The position numbers and the translations under genes were made by a program. From positions 15,060 through 79,059 of the forward strand of contig CALSRC010000013.1 in the NCBI GenBank assembly GCA_943788645.1: a stretch of 64,000 nucleotides of DNA. The letters are read 5' to 3'. The notes under the pieces are model-generated. The model worked only from the letters and a program-made list of their open reading frames with translations, made no database searches and was not told the DNA's origin. Positions 20,374 through 29,819 of this stretch are shown piece after piece (positions within the stretch are counted from its first letter, which is position 1; every line of letters begins with the position of its first letter). Source of the DNA: an uncultured Flavobacteriales bacterium (GTDB lineage Bacteria > Bacteroidota > Bacteroidia > Flavobacteriales_D > Sanyastnellaceae).

Positions 20374-20745
20374 TCAAACTTCTGCGAGGGTGCTAATGTT
20401 CGCATCGCCCCATAATTCCTCTAAAGCATAACGACTTCGTGCTTCTTCATGGAACACGTGAACGACAATGTCACTGTAATCCAAAATAGCCCATTCTCCA
20501 TTTCGAAGGCCTTGTTTGCCCCAAGGCTTTTCGTTTGCCTCCTCTGCTGTTAGTTTTTCCACGGACTCGGCCAACGCCTCAACCTGCGTTCGGCTCGTTC
20601 CATGGGCTACGACGAACCACCCAGCAACAGCATGCGGAATCTGACGAAGGTCCAAAATGGTTATTTGCTTGCCTTTTACCTCCTGCAAGCCGTTGATAAC
20701 GGCTCCGAGTAATGGCGTATCGTGTAACGATGATGGGCTATTCAT
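20374..20745 (-). CDS. rsfS: ribosome silencing factor RsfS
   Basis: 'EWAILDYSDIVVHVFHEEARSRYALEELW' is typical of the RsfS/iojap family. 123 aa. Confidence 0.85.
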   Translation of the reverse strand: MNSPSSLHDTPLLGAVINGLQEVKGKQITILDLRQIPHAVAGWFVVAHGTSRTQVEALAESVEKLTAEEANEKPWGKQGLRNGEWAILDYSDIVVHVFHEEARSRYALEELWGDANISTLAEV

Positions 20746-20845
20746 TCACTTTCGTTCAGCCCGAAAGATACGGTGATTACCTCGTAAAGTGACGGCGTCG
20801 AATGCGAAAACATGCCAACTTTCTACCCTATTTTCACGGGCAACG

Positions 20846-21655
20846 ATGAAGGTATTTTTCAATCACTTCAAACAAACCACCAGCTCGAATGACATCGCGA
20901 GTGAGTGGCTTAAACAAGCCGAACCCGGCAGTGTTAATGTGGTGACCACCGACGACCAGACAGGCGGCCGAGGGCAACGCGGCCGAGCGTGGGATCAACG
21001 GCCTGGGCTGGACCTCGCATGGTCAATGGCCATCAAGTGGCCTCTCGAACAGCATAGAGGCTCAAAAATTCCTGAACCGATTTTGTTCAACAAAGCCGTT
21101 GCAGTTGCCATCTGGTCCCTTGTGGACTCCGCACTTCCGGGTTCGGAATTGACTGGAATCAAATGGCCCAATGACATCTTAATTCGCCGAGATGCAGGCC
21201 GAATGGCATGGCAAAAATGTGCTGGAATGCTCATTGAAAATGCCTGGAAGGGTGAGCGTTGGGATGGCAGCGTTATCGGTGTAGGAATGAATGTCAATTC
21301 CGACCGCTCCTCAGAATCTGGTCGAACATCGCTTCGGTCAGAGACCAAAAAATCTTGGGACATTTCAACCCTTGCAATCGAACTGCATGAAACCGTGATG
21401 CATCAGTTGCAGATCCTCGAAAAAGATGGACGTCAGATAGAGTCGGCATATCAACAAGCTCTAATTGGAACGAACCATTGGCTTCCATTCACCCTGCAGG
21501 CTGAACCAGGATGGGGAAAGATTCACTCCGTGGACCTTCAAGGAAACTTGCTCATGCAATGGCGGATGAACGAAACTTCGAAAGCCCGGGACCTTTCGGT
21601 TGCCCAATCGAACCAACTTCGCTGGGACGGATTGGATTCGGACGCTTCGGCCTAA
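20846..21655 (+). CDS. birA: biotin--[acetyl-CoA-carboxylase] ligase
   Basis: 'GGRGQRGRAW' is the biotin-binding loop and 'KWPNDIL' is also present. Start moved to the first in-frame ATG (20846), because the track start is a GTG. Confidence 0.8.
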   Translation: MKVFFNHFKQTTSSNDIASEWLKQAEPGSVNVVTTDDQTGGRGQRGRAWDQRPGLDLAWSMAIKWPLEQHRGSKIPEPILFNKAVAVAIWSLVDSALPGSELTGIKWPNDILIRRDAGRMAWQKCAGMLIENAWKGERWDGSVIGVGMNVNSDRSSESGRTSLRSETKKSWDISTLAIELHETVMHQLQILEKDGRQIESAYQQALIGTNHWLPFTLQAEPGWGKIHSVDLQGNLLMQWRMNETSKARDLSVAQSNQLRWDGLDSDASA

Positions 21656-21670
21656 CTCGATTGCAATCAG

Positions 21671-22099
21671 TCAGACGGATTCGTCAACCGGAAATGCCTT
21701 TTGTACTGCTTCGGCCATGCCGCTAAAAATCGATTGCAACGGTTTTTCTGCCATCATTTTCATGAATGGATTCAAATCAGCATCGCATCGCACCTGCAGG
21801 GTGCTCGTCGCAGATTCGGAATCCGCTTGGTCCGCTTCGATTTCGATATCAAGTTTAAAACGAATGGGCGTTCCTTTTTGAGAAACGTAATGCACATGAT
21901 GAGATGAGGGGCCTTCCAATCGCTTGATGATGACCGAAAAACCTCCAGCCACCTTGAAAGAACATTGGTCGCCCTCCGATGTAAACGCTTGAACATATTC
22001 CTCCGGCAACAATGGCTCGAGGTTGGCAGGATCATTCAAGTGGTCGCAAAGAAATTCTGGAGACCGGCCAACACGTATAACTGGACTTTCTATGATCAT
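21671..22099 (-). CDS. SRPBCC-fold hypothetical protein
   Basis: 142 aa, with a 4-nt overlap with the pyrE stop. The family call comes from general resemblance only. Confidence 0.5.
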   Translation of the reverse strand: MIIESPVIRVGRSPEFLCDHLNDPANLEPLLPEEYVQAFTSEGDQCSFKVAGGFSVIIKRLEGPSSHHVHYVSQKGTPIRFKLDIEIEADQADSESATSTLQVRCDADLNPFMKMMAEKPLQSIFSGMAEAVQKAFPVDESV

Positions 22100-22767
22100 T
22101 TCTTGGCTTCTTGACTTTGGTCAAACGCCTCACTCCAACCTTTCGGATCCCGATTCCAATCATCCAACATCATACGTTGCGAGCCATTCAGATAACCCTC
22201 CTGCAATGCCTGGTCTAGCATGGTCGGATAATCTGTGAGCGTCAGCCAAGGGCAGTTCGCAGCCTGAAATGCCGAATTGGACACTTCAAAACCATAGGTG
22301 AAAATAGCGATGAGTCCCTTGACTTCGATTCCCGCATCTCGCAGGGCATCCACAGCTTTCAAGCTGCTTTGTCCTGTTGAAATCAAATCCTCTATCACGA
22401 CCACATTGGAAAGCACCGTCAAGTCACCTTCGATGGCATTTCCCATGCCATGGTCCTTTGCCTTCGACCGCACGTAAATAAAGGGCAGACCAAGTTCCTG
22501 GGCTACCAAGGCGCCAAGAGCAATTCCACCCGTCGCCACTCCCGCAATGGCATCGACCTTTCCGTATTGATTCTCAATCGCTTCCACGGCCAACTGACGA
22601 ACAAATGTTCGAACCGTTGGATGACTCAGCGCTTTTCGGTTATCACAATAAATAGGAGACTTTCGGCCACTGGCCCAAATAAAGGGGTCATTCGGACGCA
22701 ATTGAATTGCCTTAATTCTCAAAAGGAATTCCGCAACTTTTCGCCTACTTTCAACGGACAAAATCAT
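22096..22767 (-). CDS. pyrE: orotate phosphoribosyltransferase
   Basis: 'VVVIEDLISTGQS' is the PRPP-binding motif, and 'IWASGRKSPIYCDNR' is also present. Confidence 0.9.
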   Translation of the reverse strand: MILSVESRRKVAEFLLRIKAIQLRPNDPFIWASGRKSPIYCDNRKALSHPTVRTFVRQLAVEAIENQYGKVDAIAGVATGGIALGALVAQELGLPFIYVRSKAKDHGMGNAIEGDLTVLSNVVVIEDLISTGQSSLKAVDALRDAGIEVKGLIAIFTYGFEVSNSAFQAANCPWLTLTDYPTMLDQALQEGYLNGSQRMMLDDWNRDPKGWSEAFDQSQEAKK

Positions 22768-22792
22768 AGTGCGAATGTATGAAGTTTATATA

Positions 22793-23389
22793 ATGAATCG
22801 GCCGGTAATCTTTCAAGAAAATCCCCCGACAAGCAACAACGCACTGATCATCCGGGAACCTGAAAAATCCAGTTTGAATGGCCTTCCCAACCTCATCCGC
22901 CAAAACCCAGACATTCAATCTGTTGTGCTATTGAGCGAGGACCCCGAACGGCTTTGGATGCAGTTTTGCTACGGGTACAAGGAGATCTTGGCAGCCGGTT
23001 GTGTGGTAAAAAACAACGAAGGAGCCTATTTGTGGATTGAACGGAATGGCAAGTGGGACTTGGCCAAAGGAAAAGTTGAATCCGGCGAGAGCATCGAAGA
23101 GGCCGCAGTGAGAGAAGTCCAAGAAGAAACGGGTATTGGACAATTGCGCTTGAAACACGATTTGGGAAAAACGTATCACACCTATGACGACGCCGGAACA
23201 CCTGTTCTTAAAACCACTTTTTGGTTTCATGCAGAACATGCGGGAGGGGCGACAAAAGGCACACCGCAAGCCATCGAAGGCATTACCGGTGTACACTGGG
23301 AAAAACCGCCTTTTGCCTCTGTTATCCGAGCAAATGCCTACCCAAGCATTCTTGCATTGATGGAACGAATTGAACCCCCAGAAGCCTAA
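22793..23389 (+). CDS. NUDIX hydrolase
   Basis: Nudix box 'GKVESGESIEEAAVREVQEETG'. The start is uncertain: GTG 22769, ATG 22775 or ATG 22793. Confidence 0.8.
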   Translation: MNRPVIFQENPPTSNNALIIREPEKSSLNGLPNLIRQNPDIQSVVLLSEDPERLWMQFCYGYKEILAAGCVVKNNEGAYLWIERNGKWDLAKGKVESGESIEEAAVREVQEETGIGQLRLKHDLGKTYHTYDDAGTPVLKTTFWFHAEHAGGATKGTPQAIEGITGVHWEKPPFASVIRANAYPSILALMERIEPPEA

Positions 23390-23398
23390 AAGCCTTCG

Positions 23399-24811
23399 TT
23401 ACCTCTCGGGAAGCAGCTTCAACAAATGAGCATGCAATCCCTGACTCGGCAATGGCGTATCATCAGAGACGATGCGATCGTCCTGATCGAGCACCACAAT
23501 TTGTGGAATGACAGATAGCCCCAACTTTTCCATTATTTGCGGAGAATTCCCCACCCACCCGATGGTTTCATCCAGCGTGCGACGCGCCGACAAGGTTTCT
23601 CGCCACAACCCTTGATTTTCATCCAAGGAAAGTACGACCCAGCAGATGTCCCGGCGATCCAATTTTTCCGCCACCTGATTGAACATTTCTCGCTCTCTTC
23701 TCGCTAATCCTGATCCGCTTTTTAAAGCCAAGATTACCTTCCAAGGTTGCCTGCAATCATCTTGAATTGAGCTCAACTCCTCATTGGGCAACGTCCATGG
23801 AATGGTCCCCACCCATGCACCTGATTGACCAATGGCTCGTTGTTCCGCAAGGCGTTCATAAACGCTTAAAAATGCCTTTGGGAACCGGAATGTATTCCAG
23901 ACCAATTCCGTCAATGGACTCGGCGAGACGATCGCTTTGTCCAGCCATGCAGTGGCTACTTCAGACCATGGCGCAGCTTTCCAAAGCGGCCCCATCGCAG
24001 CGGACAAAGAATCTCTATCGGCTAAAAACACGGCTTCATTGATCTTGTCCCAATCCACGAGCGCATCCCGCCACCACCCTCCATGTACGAGACGCCAGCA
24101 GGAGAATTTACCCGGAGATTCAAGCCATTCCATCGCATCAGCTCCTTTTAATTCCAGCGCACTTTGTTGCCAAAGCGAGTCCATTGCTGCTTGCCCTTTT
24201 CCATTGTTCAGGGCACCCGTCATTCTGATCTGCCACAACAATTGTCTTTCAACCGAGCCCGAAGCCTCTGTCTCCATGACATTCCAAATGGAATCAAACC
24301 GATGTTCCAATCGATCACTCAGATCCAATAAGCTATCACGTCCCTTCATTGCCATGCCAGAGATTCGAAGCACCAGGCTCTCCGCAATTTGATTGTTGAC
24401 CTGATTTTGAAATGCCATCAGCGAGTCCATTCGGGTGCTGGGGTGCGCGCCAGCCCATCGGGTCAAACCCGGACTTCCCAGTAACCGAGACGCGACCTGG
24501 CGGCCAGGACGGATTTCCAACACGGCCTGTTCATCGGGACGAACCAAAACCATCCATGACCACGGAGGCGAGAGCAATTCAAATAAGGTGGGTGTTTCCA
24601 ACTTTCCCACACTCCAATGAAAGGAACCATTTTCAGCAACCAAAATCTCCGGGGCCCATTCTGCCACAGGCAATGCAGGATAAAGGACTTTCTTAACGTG
24701 AATAATGCTGGGCGTGACATCCATTTCAATCAACCGGCCAGAAACCACGGTCTCCTGCGAAAACATCGGTGTAACTCCAAACAATACAAGAGCGAGCAGG
24801 CTACGCAGCAT
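23399..24811 (-). CDS. secreted hypothetical protein with C-terminal thioredoxin-like (TlpA-like) fold lacking the CxxC motif
   Basis: Signal peptide 'MLRSLLALVLFGVTPMFSQE'. The C-terminal pattern 'KVILALKSGSGLARRE...VVLSLDE...IPQIVVLDQDDRIV' resembles TlpA/ResA, but has SGLA where CGPC is expected. Confidence 0.6.
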   Translation of the reverse strand: MLRSLLALVLFGVTPMFSQETVVSGRLIEMDVTPSIIHVKKVLYPALPVAEWAPEILVAENGSFHWSVGKLETPTLFELLSPPWSWMVLVRPDEQAVLEIRPGRQVASRLLGSPGLTRWAGAHPSTRMDSLMAFQNQVNNQIAESLVLRISGMAMKGRDSLLDLSDRLEHRFDSIWNVMETEASGSVERQLLWQIRMTGALNNGKGQAAMDSLWQQSALELKGADAMEWLESPGKFSCWRLVHGGWWRDALVDWDKINEAVFLADRDSLSAAMGPLWKAAPWSEVATAWLDKAIVSPSPLTELVWNTFRFPKAFLSVYERLAEQRAIGQSGAWVGTIPWTLPNEELSSIQDDCRQPWKVILALKSGSGLARREREMFNQVAEKLDRRDICWVVLSLDENQGLWRETLSARRTLDETIGWVGNSPQIMEKLGLSVIPQIVVLDQDDRIVSDDTPLPSQGLHAHLLKLLPER

Positions 24812-24812
24812 A

Positions 24813-25280
24813 TTACTTTGGTGATGGCAATTCCAATCCTTCTGGTACAAAAGCGGAAGCATCTCCCCCATTCTTAAGGATTTCGCGAACCACATTTGAA
24901 TGGATGTGGGCGAATTCAGGGTCGGTAAATAAAATCACCGTTTCAAGTGAAGGATGAAGCACCTTGGTCATTTGTGCAATCGTACGTTCGTATTCAAAAT
25001 CTCCTCCGTTGCGCACCCCACGGATCAACCATTGAGCACCTTGCGACTTACAGAAATCTGCTGTTAACCCTTGAAAAGATTCCACCCGAACAGACGGAAA
25101 CTCTTGGCAAACGGACGTCAACCATTCAATCCTTTCATCAAGTGAAAACATGGAATGCTTGGAAGAATTAACTCCAACTCCGAGAATGACCTCATCGAAT
25201 AGCGGCAGCGACCGACGAAGAATGTTGAGGTGTCCTCGGGTGATGGGATCAAAGGAACCGGGGAAAACAGCACGTTTCAT
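24813..25280 (-). CDS. coaD: phosphopantetheine adenylyltransferase
   Basis: 'AVFPGSFDPITRGHLNI' is the nucleotidyltransferase motif. 155 aa. Confidence 0.9.
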   Translation of the reverse strand: MKRAVFPGSFDPITRGHLNILRRSLPLFDEVILGVGVNSSKHSMFSLDERIEWLTSVCQEFPSVRVESFQGLTADFCKSQGAQWLIRGVRNGGDFEYERTIAQMTKVLHPSLETVILFTDPEFAHIHSNVVREILKNGGDASAFVPEGLELPSPK

Positions 25281-25828
25281 GGGGACGGTGGGGTTGGCGT
25301 TTGGAACAGGCTAAAATGCACGTGGCCATACTTTCGTGTTTCGATATAATGACGAGCTGAGGATACATCCGTTCGCTCTCCGTGCTCCAAGATAAACCAG
25401 CCACCGGGAACCAACAACGTCCCGCTTAGCACCGTTTCTGGGAGTTGTGCAAGCTGAGGTAAGTCAAAAGGAGGATCTGCAAAGACTATATCAAACTGAG
25501 TCAATGATTTTCCTGCGAACAACATCGCATCTCCTCGAACGATTTGCCACTGGTCGAGTTCCCAATCTCGCGCTAATTGGGATAAGCCTCGAATGGCTCG
25601 AGGATCCAATTCCACCGAAGTCACTGATTCTGCTCCGCGACTCAAAAATTCCAGTCCAACCATCCCCGTGCCCGCAAATAAATCCAACACCACCGCATCC
25701 GTGATATCGGCCCTTGACCGCATCAAATTGAACAAACCTTCGCGGCCAAAGTCCGTTGTTGGACGTCCGCGAAATCCTTTTGAAATCTTGGGTCGCCGAC
25801 CCTTCCATTGTCCTCCTGTAATTCTCAT
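25277..25828 (-). CDS. rsmD: 16S rRNA (guanine966-N2)-methyltransferase
   Basis: 'MRITGGQWKGRR' N-terminus, 'VLDLFAGTG' SAM motif and 'VFADPPF'. ATGA overlaps on both sides. Confidence 0.85.
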   Translation of the reverse strand: MRITGGQWKGRRPKISKGFRGRPTTDFGREGLFNLMRSRADITDAVVLDLFAGTGMVGLEFLSRGAESVTSVELDPRAIRGLSQLARDWELDQWQIVRGDAMLFAGKSLTQFDIVFADPPFDLPQLAQLPETVLSGTLLVPGGWFILEHGERTDVSSARHYIETRKYGHVHFSLFQTPTPPSP

Positions 25829-26631
25829 CGCACAGCTTGATGTAAGAGATTCCAATCACCAACGTCTGCAGGTGGATCGTTTTTCCACAGCAACGCACCC
25901 TCCTCGATTTCAACATGCGGAAAAAATCGAGTGAATTGCTTCATCATTCCCGGGTGGCTTTCGACCGAACCCGAAAAAACAACTGCTGTTCTTTGCCGCG
26001 CATCTTCCGCCGCTGCATCGCCACCGCTGCGAACCATGGAATTCACCGCATGGTACAACACCCCTTCACCCTGCATGTCTTCCGTTACCATGCACCAAGC
26101 CAATTCGCCTTCATCAAAACGGCACATCAGTGCTCGATTGAGTCCCACATCTATGCTCAGCAAGGAAGCACAATCAGCAGGAATTGTGCGCCTCTTTTGG
26201 AGCTCTAACCAACCCAACGTGCATGAACTCCAGCGCACATGAGGCCACGATTTTAGAAAGTCATCTCCCGCAGACCAAGGTCCACTTTCCATGAGTGTGA
26301 CTTCCTCTCCGAGGCGCTCAGATTGGTAGGAACGACGCAAAGCGTTTGAAGGACCGTGGTGCATTTTTAGTACCTCACCCTCGATGCCGTTGGCCACGGC
26401 AGACGGCATTAAACTGCAGACAGGACGAAGCAGAGAAACCCAAACGGAACGAACACGGGCATACCGATCAGCCAACGATTGAAACCCTAACGGTTCTTCT
26501 TCTGAACCAAAGTCAAGTACCACATTTCCGTCTACAAGCATCCACCGCAAAACCATTCCATCCCACCCCAAAAGCAAGTCGGAATTCAATGCAATTAAAT
26601 CAATTTCGCCAGTTTCCATCGGTGTGCGCAT
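25825..26631 (-). CDS. DUF3822-like hypothetical protein
   Basis: The position immediately upstream of rsmD-coaD is characteristic in Bacteroidota. No motif-level support. Confidence 0.5.
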   Translation of the reverse strand: MRTPMETGEIDLIALNSDLLLGWDGMVLRWMLVDGNVVLDFGSEEEPLGFQSLADRYARVRSVWVSLLRPVCSLMPSAVANGIEGEVLKMHHGPSNALRRSYQSERLGEEVTLMESGPWSAGDDFLKSWPHVRWSSCTLGWLELQKRRTIPADCASLLSIDVGLNRALMCRFDEGELAWCMVTEDMQGEGVLYHAVNSMVRSGGDAAAEDARQRTAVVFSGSVESHPGMMKQFTRFFPHVEIEEGALLWKNDPPADVGDWNLLHQAVR

Positions 26632-27481
26632 CGGTCAGGGAGCCGAAGCGCAAGGTATCCTTTTTTACTTTCTCTCGGCCAAATGGGGTCGGGTCCTTGA
26701 CCAGCACCGTTGAAAGCAATAATCCACCTGATTCCACGCTGTCGGTTGCCAAAACAAACCGCTCGCCGCTCAATGGATTAAACCACAAACTGTCAACTGA
26801 TACGCGAGGCAGCCGCTTAGAGTCTCGAATCTCAGGCGTGAAATTTTCAGCATAAAACGAGGTGTAGATGATGTCACGTACTTTGTAAGTCAATGAATCC
26901 ATCGAGATTAAATCTATGAATTCATCTTCGGTCAACCCTAATTCTTCTGCCTTCACGGGGAGTTCTTCGCGGGTCAATACGTACCCCAAATCCCTGCTTT
27001 CTTGTTCTGGCAGCGTATCGTTGAACGAACCCATATTGAAGCTCACCGGAATCACTTCCTCAAACAGAAATGCCTGAAGGGTATCATAGCTGTTGCAATA
27101 CACCCCATGAATGTCATGATAGGCATCTTGGGCATCGCGGATGTCCTTCAACGCTTGGATGGTTTCCGAATCCACTTGTGCCTTCAGTGTTCGAAATTCA
27201 ATCTCTTCATCCACGCTGTAGAAGACTTCGTATCCAAGCCACAAAGCTGAAATGGTCCCTGCAATCATCAGCACACGGTAATGCGTGGAATTCATCTTCG
27301 CGAGAATCGCGGGCGTTGCCAAAATGGCAACTGCAATCAAGGCCAGCGAAGCGAGCAGCATCGCAGTTGGTTGACTTTCGAGGGCATCTCCACTCAAGTA
27401 TTTCACTAGAAAACTAGCTCCTGCGAAGAAGAGGAATATCGAAATGACGTACTTGTTGATCTCTTTGAAAAACTTATCCAT
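26600..27481 (-). CDS. hypothetical membrane protein
   Basis: Three N-terminal hydrophobic helices followed by a soluble domain, with coding-like composition. No family recognised. Confidence 0.55.
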   Translation of the reverse strand: MDKFFKEINKYVISIFLFFAGASFLVKYLSGDALESQPTAMLLASLALIAVAILATPAILAKMNSTHYRVLMIAGTISALWLGYEVFYSVDEEIEFRTLKAQVDSETIQALKDIRDAQDAYHDIHGVYCNSYDTLQAFLFEEVIPVSFNMGSFNDTLPEQESRDLGYVLTREELPVKAEELGLTEDEFIDLISMDSLTYKVRDIIYTSFYAENFTPEIRDSKRLPRVSVDSLWFNPLSGERFVLATDSVESGGLLLSTVLVKDPTPFGREKVKKDTLRFGSLTDAHTDGNWRN

Positions 27482-27606
27482 TGGAATAGAATCAATCGGC
27501 CGGATTTTTGACCGAGTGCGAATCTACGACACATCGGGATGTAGGCAAAAACTGCAGGCGATGAAGTTGTTTTCAATCGGTGCATTCACCACCTACCTTC
27601 GCTTGG

Positions 27607-29055
27607 ATGTTGGAGACCTCTGATCAAATCGAAACGTTTATCGACCGAATGGCGGGCCATTTTCCGCATCAGCCTACAGAGGGCCAAGGTCGATTGATAC
27701 ATGCGTTAGCTCGATTTTTCTTTAGCACCCAGCCCCGGTGTACCATCATGATTCGAGGCTACGCAGGCACCGGTAAAACCACGAGCGTAGGTGCTTTAGT
27801 CGGCGCATTGCGGACATATGGCCAGCGCCCGGTACTTTTAGCGCCAACAGGACGTGCCGCAAAGGTGATGCAGTCGTATGCGAGAATGCACGCTTCAACC
27901 ATTCACCGGCACATATACCGCTCTCGAAAAAGCACGGATGGCAATCCTGCGTTTGGCTTAGCACCCAACACCCTCGAAAACACCGTCTTTATCGTAGATG
28001 AGGCCTCCATGATTGGTGAAGGGGGACAACGAAGCAGCCAGCAAAGCCTGATCTACAGAAGCTTATTGGATGATTTAATGGAATTTGTATTCAGTGGAGC
28101 CGGATGCCGTTTAGTTCTGGTCGGTGACGATGCCCAATTGCCACCCGTCGGCGAATCTGAAAGCCCCGCGTTGAACGAAAACCAGATGCGGCGGGATTTT
28201 GCTTTGACTGTTGCCACGATGCGATTAACGGATGTCGTACGACAAGAAATGGACAGTGGTATTCTATCCAACGCGCACCGTTTGCGCCTCCAAATCGATG
28301 AAAAGAACATCGGTTGGCCCCGATTTTCCCTGGAAGGGATGGCCGATTTGCACCGGATCAACGGCCATGAACTGCAAGAGTACATTGAGGATGCCTTTGC
28401 GCAGCATGGAGAGGACCACGTTGCCATCATCACGCGGTCGAATAAACGTGCGCAAGCGTTCAACCAACAAATTCGTCACCGCATTCTGTGGCGAGAGGAA
28501 TCACTGGAGGCAGGTGATCGCCTCATGGTCGTCAAAAACAATTACCATTGGCTTGCATCGGTCGATAGCATCCCCACATCGTTGCTCGCGAATGGGGATG
28601 TCGTGATTGTGACGAAGGTGCTCAAACGATTTGATCGGTATGGAATCGACTTTGCCCAAGTGGAAGTTGAACTGGCAGATGCGCAAGATTGGGGGCCGTT
28701 TGAAGTTTGCATCAACCTGAGCATTCTTGAATCTGATTTACCTTCGATCCCCTACGCCCAGGTCCAAGCCCTTCAGGAGGCCATTGCCCAAGATTATGTG
28801 CACTTGGGAAGCAAATCTGCCATTCTCAAGGCCGTCAAAAGAGACGATTGTTACCAAGCGCTTCAAGTGAAATTCGCTTGGTCCATGACATGCCACAAGG
28901 CACAGGGAGGACAATGGAAGTCCGTCATCGTCGATCCTGGATTTGTCACAGAGGAAACGCTTAGCACAGACTGGCTTCGTTGGCTTTACACGGCCTTCAC
29001 CCGAGCCCAAAGTGAGCTCGCTTTGCTGAATTTTTCAGATGATTTTTTCGATTAA
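27607..29055 (+). CDS. RecD-like SF1 DNA helicase / AAA ATPase
   Basis: Walker A 'GYAGTGKTT', Walker B 'FIVDEASMI' and C-terminal 'MTCHKAQGGQW'. ATG 27607 preferred over the GTG at 27580. Confidence 0.8.
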   Translation: MLETSDQIETFIDRMAGHFPHQPTEGQGRLIHALARFFFSTQPRCTIMIRGYAGTGKTTSVGALVGALRTYGQRPVLLAPTGRAAKVMQSYARMHASTIHRHIYRSRKSTDGNPAFGLAPNTLENTVFIVDEASMIGEGGQRSSQQSLIYRSLLDDLMEFVFSGAGCRLVLVGDDAQLPPVGESESPALNENQMRRDFALTVATMRLTDVVRQEMDSGILSNAHRLRLQIDEKNIGWPRFSLEGMADLHRINGHELQEYIEDAFAQHGEDHVAIITRSNKRAQAFNQQIRHRILWREESLEAGDRLMVVKNNYHWLASVDSIPTSLLANGDVVIVTKVLKRFDRYGIDFAQVEVELADAQDWGPFEVCINLSILESDLPSIPYAQVQALQEAIAQDYVHLGSKSAILKAVKRDDCYQALQVKFAWSMTCHKAQGGQWKSVIVDPGFVTEETLSTDWLRWLYTAFTRAQSELALLNFSDDFFD

Positions 29056-29072
29056 TCGGATGAGGAGGGAAT

Positions 29073-29102
29073 AAAAAAAGCCCCCGCTTTGCAGCAGAGG
29101 CT
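29073..29102 (-). terminator. rho-independent terminator after ndk
   Basis: On the minus strand: agcctctgc-tgcaaa-gcgggggct (two G.U pairs), followed by T7. Confidence 0.65.
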
Positions 29103-29125
29103 TCTCCTATTTATGAACAGGTGAA

Positions 29126-29545
29126 TCAGGCCAGCTCGCGGGCACTGAAATAGAATGAGCCTTCGATGGCAGCGTTCTCATCGCTGTCCGACCCATGCAC
29201 TGCATTGGCCGCAATGCTTTCCGCAAAATCTGCGCGGATCGTACCTGGAGCCGCCTCTGCTGGATTTGTAGCTCCAATGAGCTCACGGAAATCAGCCATC
29301 GCGTTGTCCTTTTCCAAAATAGCCGCCACGATGGGACCGCTTGACATGTATTCCGTCAATTCACCAAAAAATGGACGTTCCGCATGCACGGCGTAAAACG
29401 CCTGAGCATCCGCAAGCGTGAGTTGCGTCCACTTCATCGCCTTGATGCTGAATCCAGCTTGGATGATGCGGTCAATGATTTTTCCAGTGTGCCCTGCGCC
29501 TGTAGCGTCCGGCTTAATCATGGTAAATGTGCGATTCGTCGCCAT
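29126..29545 (-). CDS. ndk: nucleoside-diphosphate kinase
   Basis: '[10 protein letters not shown]' and 'NAVHGSDS' (active-site His). Start moved to 'MATNRTF' at 29545. Confidence 0.9.
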   Translation of the reverse strand: MATNRTFTMIKPDATGAGHTGKIIDRIIQAGFSIKAMKWTQLTLADAQAFYAVHAERPFFGELTEYMSSGPIVAAILEKDNAMADFRELIGATNPAEAAPGTIRADFAESIAANAVHGSDSDENAAIEGSFYFSARELA

Positions 29546-29568
29546 GGTGTTTTTGTTGAATTGGAGAG

Positions 29569-29576
29569 CAAAAGTA
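29569..29576 (-). promoter_or_regulatory. candidate Bacteroidota -7 promoter element (TAnnTTTG) upstream of ndk
   Basis: The minus strand reads TACTTTTG about 24 nt upstream of the ndk ATG. No well-spaced -33 TTG was seen. Confidence 0.3.
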
Positions 29577-29819
29577 GTTCGCAATTCTTAATTTCAGGTT
29601 GCAGAAAATCCGAAACCACTCCGAAGGCCTCGCAGCGGACCTTTATTCGCAGGAGTCCGTTCAGGAACAGCACGATTCCTGGACATTGAAGTGACTGCTA
29701 TGCGGCCATTGAAGCGGTCATGGGTTGGTTTTACGGCACCGGTATTTTCACACACCTCATTGCTTGGGCCATTGCACCCGAAGAAACTGCTTAGCCCCAC
29801 CATGCCGTATCTTCGCTCT

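Noticed and set aside
27607-29055. RecD-like helicase considered as part of a defence system
   Set aside because: It has no nuclease, methylase, toxin or other defence partners nearby. Its flanks are housekeeping (the DUF3822-rsmD-coaD block and ndk), and stand-alone RecD-like helicases are common core genes in this phylum.
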